Source: Octopus sinensis (taxonomy: Eukaryota). Taken from it: a stretch of DNA of 64,000 bases. This document shows positions 28,254 through 39,950 of this stretch, one piece after another. Where the stretch lies: positions 8,680,001 through 8,744,000 of the forward strand of contig NC_043004.1 of assembly GCF_006345805.1 (NCBI RefSeq), given 5' to 3'. Position 1 is the first letter of the stretch; every line of letters starts with the position of its first letter. Under the pieces are notes generated by a model. The model had not been told where the DNA came from. It saw only the letters and a program-made list of their open reading frames with translations, and searched no databases. Both the position numbers and the translations under genes were made by a program.

Positions 28254-30306
28254 TGAGTGAGTGAGTGAGTGAGTGAGTGAGTGAGTGAGTGAGTGAGTGA
28301 GTGAATGAGTGAGTGAATGAGTGAGTGAATGAGTGAATGAATGAGTGAATGTGAGCTATTTGCTTTTGCTCTTTAACTCCCTGATTTTTTGTGAAATATT
28401 GCCTAGATATTTGATAACAATGAGCATAACGAAAGTTATTGTAGGGTTTCCAACCTATTGTCTATAAATACCCTCATATATATATATAAAAGCAATCGCC
28501 ATATTCCCTTCCATATCGGCTAACTCTGATGAGCGTAGAGTTATATAATCGGATTGTTACCTAAACTCCATTGTATTCCTTGCGCGAAACCAATTGTTAA
28601 GATCAGCCATGATGGATATTTAATACCACATATTTCGGATAATATACCCACCCTAGTAACAGATATACGAGTACATCTTGTCCCTAACTTATGGTCCCTT
28701 AGGCGACTCACGCACATGTGTGTGTGTATATATATATATATTGTATATGCACTGTATATATATTGTCTTATTCTTTTGTAGCACACGACCATATTGGTCT
28801 CAAAAGGGATGCAGAATGATAAACTCAGATATTTACCAAACAAAATGTCGCTGCAACCATTTGACAAATTTTGCCATTCTCATGGACGTCGAAGGAATCG
28901 AGGTAATGTTCCATAAATATATACTTACAGGTGTGTGTGTGCGCGCGCGCATGTGCATGTATTTGACTGAATGGCTAAGCAGTTAACTTCACAACTACAA
29001 GGGGTATCGGGCCCAACCCAGCAAACTTTGGGAGGGTCATTATGCCGTTAAAAATAAACACGCACTGGTCCGGTCGTTTATTGTTATTGTTAGTTAATGG
29101 GTTAGTTATTCCACTAACAAATTTATCGATCAGCCATTTTTTTACTAGTTTTTCTAAATCGTTTGTTAAACACTTTGGGTCAAGCAGTTAATCGATAGTT
29201 TAAATGTTCGGTGTTGTTCATGTTGTCATTTCTTTCTTTTTTTTTTTTTTTTTGTCAAATAATTATTTCATTGCATTGCTGCAATCTCTCTAGTGACACG
29301 TCTCTCTACTTCCATTTTTTTTCAACTTCAAAAGAAGTATAACTGGAGAGATTGCAACAATGCAATGAAATAATTATTTGACAAAAAAAGAAAAAGAAAA
29401 ATAACAGCACAAGCAATACCGAACACTAACAAAAATAACAATGAAGGGCCGAAGCAGTGCGTGTGTTTATTGCTACTGGCACAATGACCCTCCCATGGTT
29501 TAATAGTATTTCCTTCAACACAAAGCAAATACAAACACGAACTTTGATAAACGTGAATGAAATAAAATAGAAAACCGTCCTCAGGTCCCAAAACCAATTC
29601 TGATTTCATTATTTTCATTGGTTCTTTCTATTTCTTTCTCCTCCAATCAGATCTCTTACACCCATCAGAACGCTCTCCGTATTATTACTTACGTTGGTTG
29701 TTCAATATCGATGATTGGTCTCTTCCTCAGCTGGATCACGTTCAACGTAGTCACGTGAGTAGAATTTAGTGCTTTCCTTCTTCCTTTTCTTCCCTTCCCT
29801 CCTCCTTTTTTCCTCTCGTTCTTTCGTTCTTTGTTTCTTTCTCTTTTCTTTTTTTCTTTCCTTTATATTCTGTGTTTTTGTCTTGATTTGTTTTTTCTTC
29901 TTTTTGTGTATTTTCTTTATGAACGCATGCTTGTATGTGTGTGTGTGTGTGTGTGTGAGTGTGTGAATGAGTGTATATGCATGTACAGTATGTATAGGTG
30001 ACTGCATATGTATGTGTGTCTGAGTGAATGTTAGTGTGTGAGAGTGTACGTTTGTGTCTGTAAGTGTATTTGCATGTGTATGTGTGTGCGTGCGTTTAAT
30101 CTGTTTTATGAATGCATTATGTAATACTGTTTGTACACCCAAATATGTATGGCATACTGATACATACATACATGCAGATACATACATACATACATACATG
30201 CATGCATGCATACATACATACATGCATGCATGCATGCATGCTTACATACATACATACATGCATGCATGCATGCATACATGCATGCATGCATGCATGCATG
30301 CATACA

Positions 30307-30340
<34 letters not shown>

Positions 30341-33080
30341 CATACATGCATGCATGCATGCATACATACACACATACATACATACATACATACATATATA
30401 CATACATACATGCATACACACACATACATACATATATACATACATACATGCATGCATACACACACATACATACATACATACATACATACATACATACATA
30501 CATACATACACACATACATAGACACATATACGCACGCATACATACATACATACACACATGCACGCATACATACATACACACACATACTTACATAAATAAA
30601 TACATACAAACAAAAATATGTTCTTGATGTTAGAAACTGGTTCTTTCTCTATTGGCAACAAATCTTGAAATAAACTGAATAATGACATACATACACACAT
30701 ACATACATGCATACATACATACATACATACATACATACATACATACATACATACATACATACATACATACATACATACATAATACATACATACACACATA
30801 CATACATACATGCATACACACATACGTACGTACGTACATACGTACGTACGTACGTGTATACATACATGCACGCACACATACACGCATACATACATGTACG
30901 CACACACACACACATATATATATATATAATATATATATATATATATTTATATATAGAGGGCATTATACATACATGCCAGGAGGCATTCTACATACACGCC
31001 ATACGCTAAGAGGACAATCAGTCATTTCTACCAAAAATATTACTAATCCCACCGTAAGTTTCCTTATTAAGTAGTTGTCCTAATTGCTAAATTTTTATTC
31101 CGAAAAAATCTTTCCTCTCCCGAAATGCAATTCGTAAAAGTTTGCCATTCATCCGGATATAGTATATATAATTCAACCATGTGCTTCGTTGATGTTGATC
31201 AGTTAGCTGATCGGCTTAGCGAAGCGGGGTCGTTGTTTATTTATAGTATAATTCAGGCCTGCTGATGATTACGTAAGTATGAAATCACTGTGATACAGGT
31301 CTATATTTTTTTAATGTCTTTCTTTGAAAAATTGCATTTGGTGGATTAGTAATATTTTGGTAGAAATGACTGATTGTCCCTCTTAGCGTATGGCGTGTAT
31401 GTAGAATGCCTCCTGGCATGTATGTATAATGCCCTCTATAATAATTAATATGTTCAATAAGAAATAATTATTTTCGAATTTTTCTCTTATGAGGTTTTTA
31501 CGCTATCTCCTGACAATTTCTTGTTAAGTTTTCCTTATTAAGTAGTTGTCCTTAATTGCTATATATATATATAATATATAATTATATATATATATATATA
31601 CTCTTACACACAGACTCAGATAAATAAATGATTGATGTTTTATTTTTTCCAGTGCTATACGTGGGGAACGGAATTCCATACACAAAAATCTTGTCTTTTG
31701 TCTCTTTGTTGCTCAACTTCTTTTCATGATTGGTGTTGACAGAACCACGAATAAGGTAGGCAGCGATTTTTCATTGCTTTTCTTCCTCTATTTTTATATT
31801 TTTTATTTTATTTATTCTATTGTTGTTATTTTTAATTAAGACATTGATATCGTTTGCGAATTGTAGACTCCTATCTACTGTCCCATAGATTAATTACGAT
31901 TAATTACTGCAATTAACAGACACAACTGCCTCTGATTTTTCCTTTTGCTCGAGTCCACTTAATTAGCAAAAATGAGTTGTTCCTGTTTTTCAAACGGGTC
32001 AGCCTCGTCACATTTTATGTCACGCTGAGTCTCCCTGAGAACTACATTAAGGGCACGCGTGTCTCTGGAATGCTCAGCCACTTGTGCGTTAATTTCACAA
32101 GCAGGATGATCTGCTGATCTGATCGACTGGAGCACTCATCGTCGCCACCGACGGAGTACCAGTTTCTCGAGACATCACAAATAATACTCTGTGTTCTACA
32201 TGCCTGCACGTTACATATTTACGTGTGTAAAAACGAACCAAGAAATCTTAACAACTGTATACTAATTAACCTTTCTGAAACGGAAAAAAGTGAGATTTTC
32301 TTGAGTTAGCTGTATCTTTCAGAAAGTACACCTATCTTGTCTGTTTAAGAAAAGTTATTCAGCTAATAATATATTAGCTGGATCCACTAAACTGGTAAAT
32401 CCAATTTGCATATATAATGCTTTGTTGGTAACTTAGTCAATTAATTAAATTTGAAAGAACTTAACTGCGGAATAGTGGGAAAAATTCTGCAATGCTTTGA
32501 ACTACAATGTCTTTTAATCCTAGATCTTCTCTTCAAAGCTAACATCAATCTAAACGCCGGTCTTTATAACCTGCCAAAGACCACTGTTTGTCTTCACTCT
32601 TTCCTTCTCACTCTTACTCTCTCTCTCTCTCTCTATCTCTTTATTCCATTGGGTACACAGATGGTATGTTCAGTGTTCGCTGGGCTGATGCATTACTTCT
32701 TCTTGGCTGCATTCTCTTGGATGCTGATGGAAGCTGCCAAAATCCTCATCATGATTGTCCAGGTGTTCAAAACCGCTAAATCGAAGATGATTTATTACTA
32801 TATATTTGGATATGGTGAGTAACGAACACACACACACACACGCACGCACGCACACACACACACACACACACACCACACACACCACACACACACACACACA
32901 ACACACACACACACACACAACACACACGCACTCACACATACATATACCCTTCACATCAACTTCTCACACGTAAGCACAATGTTACACATCTTTCTATCCC
33001 TCCCTTTCTTCTTTCTTTCGTTTTTCCTTCCTTTCTTTCTCCTTGCCCGCTCTCTCTGTGTCTCTCTGTCTCTGTCTGTA

Positions 33081-33176
<96 letters not shown>

Positions 33177-33636
33177 ACATATATGAATATATATACATAC
33201 ATACACGCTCATTAATTACACATATACACGGGGAAATATACACACATGCATATGCGTATATATCTGTAAAACAAAGACAAAAAATAAAAACTACACATAC
33301 ACACACACGCACACATACACATACACACACACACGCATACACATACACACACACATGACTGTGAACGGTAAACTATAAAGGTAGAGATAACCTTTTTGTT
33401 AATTCTATTTTAGGATTCCCCACTCTGGTTGTCAGTATTTCAGCCATCGTCAACTTGGACGGCTACGGAACAGACCGACAGTAAGTTCGAAGTATCCTTT
33501 CTTATCTTATTTACAGTGCTCTTTTGATCCTCTGATGCTTATTGCATTAGTAATACAGTATATTTTAAATTCATCATAAAACCAAAACTTACCATTGTTT
33601 CACTCTCTCTCGCTCTCTCTCTCCCTCACACACGCG

Positions 33637-33669
<33 letters not shown>

Positions 33670-36081
33670 TCACACATATACACTCAGACGAATAGATGCA
33701 CACGGTTGTGTGCCTCGACTGCTCAACCAACACACCAATTCACCCACATATTTACAAACAATGGGAACTCCTTTAGCTCAAAAGATTTTGTCGCTTTGTT
33801 AGCGACCGGCTTGGGCTCTCTTAAGAATTTTAATAAAACTCGACGAAAAAGACATACAAACAAATAGCTTTGTGGTTGTCTTCTATTGTCCACTTGCCAG
33901 AAAAAAAACATGGTGGTTGGAACATCACATTTTCAAGCAACTTTCACATCGTTCTATATATTTTCTCTCTTCAATTTCGCTACATAACAGAACTGAAGTG
34001 TCCTTGGCTTCGTGTACACTTGAGCTAACCATACCTACCTGGTTAAGTGGGCAAGTTCTGGATTCCTGAAATTACATTTTGAAGTGGACACCTACTTTTC
34101 AAGTTACTCTAGCAGCTATAAGAAACTTACACGGAACGTCTATTAAAGATATTATTGTTACTATGCCTATGTTGGAAATGCTAATCTGTCAAGGCTAGGA
34201 CCTAAATCCATGCTCTTACAAGCGCTACCATAAACCAAAATAAAAATCTTACGTATATACACAAACTGTCTTCCAGCCCCACTTTCGTCTTCAAAAACTT
34301 TATACCCAATATTTGTAATAAGATATCTAATCTCAGCTCCTCCAAGAAAATACTCGATAAGGCAGCCCCACCCGCCACTATAATAACGCCCTATAATAAT
34401 TTTGAAGAGAAAATAACTTCGACGATAAAAAGAAATAAGCTTTAAAAACAGACCTAGGAAGGTTATATTGTTCGTTACTTTGTGAATGATAAAACAAAAA
34501 CGTAGGTAGAAAATTCCTTGGCTGATAGATAAGCATTTCTCGGGTAGCCATAGGTATAGCAAAATTCATAATAGACGATCAATAAAAGCTTCTTAATAAC
34601 TGCTGCCCGAACAGGTGAAACATTATTATACGTAAATTACATCAGGCGCCCACACCAAAATGTAACTTTAGGAATTCAGATACTTGCCCACTTGGCAAGA
34701 CATAGATGGTTCACTTAGCTCACTTGTATATGAAACCAAGGTTACCTCAGTTCCCCAAACAAAAGCGAAATTGAAAAGTTATATATATATGTAAAATATG
34801 AATATATGTATGTATGCATATGGGATATTCATCTATTCAAACGAATTACAAGAATTAATGCATTTGTTTCTTCTTTCGCAGTTGTTGGCTTTCCACAGAA
34901 GACTATTTTGTTTGGGCTTTCAACGGACCCGTGGCCTTTGTCTTGCTGGTGAGTTTTCTAACCTTCTATTTTTAGCCAGGGAAGAAAAGTCGGCACCCGT
35001 GCCCCCTTTTTTTTTAACCTAACATTTATAATTTAATCGTTAAACTTCATCATTGAACCCTAACCCAGTTAAACAAGCTAATAGTGCGGCCTCTGTGCTG
35101 TTAGTCGACCAGCTAGAAACCATAACCCCGCCGTCTTAACAAAAGGGGAAAGATTGCAACGGTCAATGTAACCCTAGCTATATAAAAAGATGGAATGGTC
35201 ATGACTGGAGCGCTTCTGAACACAGGTCTGCTGAATCAAAGCTACCTTTGCATTAAACAACATGTAATGAAACTCTTTTCGCCATTATTACCTACGGTAC
35301 ATCATTTAAAAATAATGGACCATTTATCAGTTTTTAGTTTTACTATGATGACATGCAGGTTGAGAATGTAACTCCTTCTCTGAAACGATGGTCTCAGGGT
35401 TTCAAGAGACTTAGTGACCTGTCCAAGATAATAACAATGTTCTGAATTGAGCGACTATGATTCACGTACGGAATTTGTCTGCACACGTTTGAAGGAAATT
35501 TATGAAAATGAACAGAACAGATATTTGGTAAGACTTAGTGTAATACAGAATGTTGAGCTGTATGGTTACATTTATCCCCACTTCTAAGCGGACGTTGTCT
35601 TAGAAGACGATAGTGCGATATTTACAACGAGAGAACCTCTCCTATAGCTTTGTGGTGCGGAGAAGCTTTTCATTGTTTACATCGCTAGCGGTAGACAATC
35701 ACATCAACTTCTGCTGCTTCCACCGCTACCAGATCACGTGATGTCGGCCTTCTTTGGCCTTGTCAATGAAGTGCTTAAACGCACCACAAAATGTATGAAA
35801 GTTTCTCTCGTGGAAAATATCGCAACATTGTGTGTTCTGACACAACTATCCATTTTAATTGGTAATACACCTTACCGTTTGGTATTGGCACTGCTTATGA
35901 TAGATCGCTAGCCACTACACATTCTTTATTTTCTTTCCTTCTTTCTTTCTGTGTTCCTTTCTGTGGAAGAGCATAGGTTCGAAACGTTAAAGACTTTTTC
36001 ACTTCCCGAGCGTTATACTAAGACATCTGTTATTGTCCACACACACCTGTCTTCGTCTATTGTTTTTTTGTTGTGAATTCT

Positions 36082-36149
<68 letters not shown>

Positions 36150-36152
36150 CAT

Positions 36153-36201
<49 letters not shown>

Positions 36202-37313
36202 ATATATATATTATGTATATTATATGTATATATATATATAGATGTATATATATAGCAACTGCTAGCCTCCACTGACCATTCAAAATACTACAATCATGGC
36301 ACTCCCAAATTCTTCGTCTTCTTCCTCCCCTTCTCCTCCCCTTCTTCTTCTTCTTCCCTACCAAGAATTCACAACGACCTCGAACCCATAAGAGTAAACA
36401 AGAGAGACAGAGACAGGCAGAAACAAGGAAAATGCCACTTGTATTTGAACGCTATACAAATATTCTTTAAAAAAAACTTTTCTTTTAATTTTTCTAAATT
36501 TAATTATTTAATTGTTACAGTTGAAAAAGTCTCAATGACTGAAACCGGTACTGAAATGTTCTTTATAAAATTATTTTAGCATTTTCTATCTTGACTTGTT
36601 TTTCCATATATATATATAGTGAGAATTTACAAAAAAAAAACAACAACAAAAGATGAAGACAGGTGTGTAAACAGCAAACAAATGTATTAGTTTAACGCTC
36701 CGGAATTGAGAAAGTCTTTTACGTTTCGAGCCTACGCTCTTCGACAGAAAGGAACATAGAAATAAACAGGGAGAGAAAATAGAAAAGGTTTAGTGGCTAG
36801 CGATCCATCATGGCGAATATATATATATATATAATATATATATATATATATTAAACTGTGTATGCATGTGTGTTGTGTAAATATTAACAGACTTTCCGAT
36901 GTAATATACTGTTTTGTTTCTAAATTGTTTACTCTTCTGCATTTAGGTGAATGCCATAATCCTGACCTATGCACTGATCACTATTTACCAACATTCTGGC
37001 TACGTCATTCCTGACGACATGGTAGGAACCATCGGGTGTGTATAAATATATATATATAAATAGAAAAATAGATATAGATATAGATCATGTTTTGTATCTA
37101 CCGTAAATCGGTTTTATATTCTGTCACTTGAAGACGGAATGAGACTACTGGGCGCAGCTGTTTGGACGCTGACGACTTGGCACGGCGTGGCTAGACATTC
37201 AACCTGCTTGGCGATAATGCTTTTTGGCACTGGAGCCTAACATACACACTATTTTCCTCTCTCTCTATTTCTTTCACATACACACATACACACTCATCCT
37301 GCGAACAGAATAG

Positions 37314-37350
<37 letters not shown>

Positions 37351-38330
37351 ATATTATATATATATATACGGATAGAGAGAGTAAGGGAGAGAGAGAGAAA
37401 GAGAGTGAGGGGGAGATAAAGAGAAGGAGGGAGGGGAACGAGAGAGGGAGAGAGAAGAGAAAAAGAAAGAAAGAAGGAAAGAAAAAGGGGGAAAGAGGGA
37501 GAGGGAGAAGGAGAACAAGAGAAACATTAAAACGGGTAATGTCGAAAAAGTCAGCGTCGAATCAGCGATACCAAAGAAACGGCGCCAAAACTTGAATCTA
37601 CTGTTCTCAGCTCGATATACTCTAAGGTCGACTTGCACTTTAAACTCCTGGGTTCGATAAAGCAAATAACAATTGATGATTAAACTTATATAACACTCCC
37701 ATCTTAAATATGCGACATGACTGTAAGACAGAGATTATTATTATCATTTCTATGACGGATGGTCAACACGGTAGAGCTTGGACAAGATGTCTTGCCGCAT
37801 TTAATTCATTGCCTTTGCATTGTGTGTTCAAATCCTTTTGATGTCAACGTCGTCTTTAATCTCTCCGGGTTCGATAAAGTTTAGTTCCAGTCAAGTACTG
37901 GAATCGATCAAATATCTTCCTCTCCTCAAAGTTGCAGTCCCTGAACGAAAATAAGAAACGGTTATTGTTGGTGTTGTTGTTGTTGTTGTTGTTATCATCG
38001 CAACTTTCAGGCATTCAGAAGTATTGCTTATTAATGTTATTTCTTAAAAAGAATAATTCATGTATTTACTTTGCCTCTCTTCTTCAGCGCTTGGGTCAAA
38101 GGTGCCCTCTCCCTCGAAGTTATCCTTGGTCTCACGTGGGTTTTTGGATTCTTCTACATGAACGAAGCTACTCTCGTCATCGCGTATATCTTCGCCATTC
38201 TAAACAGTCTACAAGGATTCTTCATCTACTGTTTCCACTGTCTTGGCAATAAACAGGTTGGTATATCGAGACGAATGCTTTCTCTGATTCGTATTTGAAT
38301 AAAGTTTGAACTTGTGCATGTAAAATTGTA

Positions 38331-38366
<36 letters not shown>

Positions 38367-38539
38367 ATATAGGCGCAGGAGTGACTATGGTCAGCAGTCT
38401 GATTCCCAACCGCATGGTTCCCGGTTCAGCCCCACTGCATGGCACCTTAGGCAAGTGTCTACTGTAGCCTCGGGCGGACCAAAGCCTTGTGAGCGGATTT
38501 TGTACGCGGAAACTAAAAGAAGCCCATCATGTGTGTGTG

Positions 38540-38571
<32 letters not shown>

Positions 38572-39412
38572 AGACCGATAGAATAAGTACTAGGGTCTAT
38601 TCTTTCGACTAAAATTCTTGAAGGTGGTGCCCCAACATGGCCGCGGCCTGATGACTGAAACAAGGGAAAGATAAAGGATATCTACTGTGAGACTGTAATG
38701 CAGTCTACAAGACTAAGAATCAAAGTTAGGGATGGCAACTTTATACTAGGGGATGAGGGCCAAAAGATTGGAAAAAGTATGAGAAAAAGGGCCAGCACAG
38801 AACAGATTTCTTACTTAGAGGAACTACGTAACTTCTCAAATTTTAGAAGAGAGAATGGGATTGATCGAGTGGATCCAGCGAACTACCGGCTGTGAGTAGG
38901 AGATGACTGGCAGTGATAAGCAGCAGAAGTGTAATGATGAAACAGTAGACAGGAGAAGGGCGAGAGAGACAGAGATGAAGCTGGGTATGTTGTGTGAATG
39001 GGTGGAGAGTAGAGAGGCAGGCGTTGTGTATGAGATGGTATGACAGTGGAGAGGGTAGATGTTAACATAATAGGGAAAATAGGTCAATGGACGAAGGATG
39101 GATATATATATATATATATACATACATACATACATATATATGTATATACATATATATATACATATACATGAACTGTGATTATGTAGATAAGAAAAATATA
39201 TTAGTCGAAACAATTTGTTGACCTTCTACGGTTTTTATAATTATTTATATAATAATATGTTATGTTCTATATTATATTCGTAATATTTAATGTAATATTG
39301 TAATATAAATAAATTATTGAATGTCTATAGTATACCTCTATATTTAGTTCATCTTTAGTATTGAATTATACCAATATTGTATATGGTATCCAACTGAAGT
39401 ACCAGTGAATTG

Positions 39413-39467
<55 letters not shown>

Positions 39468-39597
39468 ATATATGTATATATAATATGCATAGTTTAATTA
39501 GAGCTTGTTATTTACAATAAGTCACATTAATACAGAAAGAAAATGTAGTGTTCGTTGTGAGCCATATATATATATAATATAATTATAATATAATATA

Positions 39598-39690
<93 letters not shown>

Positions 39691-39913
39691 TATATAGATA
39701 TATATATATAATATATATATATTATATATATTAAATTAGAGATAAAACCACTACTAGGCAAATCAAACAGTGAAAATCATAAGCCAATGCATAGAAATAA
39801 AATTAATTAAAAAAATATATAAAAAATATAAAATATAAAATATAAAAATCCAATTAAAATATTTAAATTAAAGTTAAAAATTAAAAAATCATTTAAATTA
39901 ATAATTTAAACTT

Positions 39914-39950
<37 letters not shown>

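Noticed and set aside
34167-34562. 131-aa minus-strand ORF as a nested gene
   Set aside because: It is the antisense shadow of the Penelope relic on the + strand
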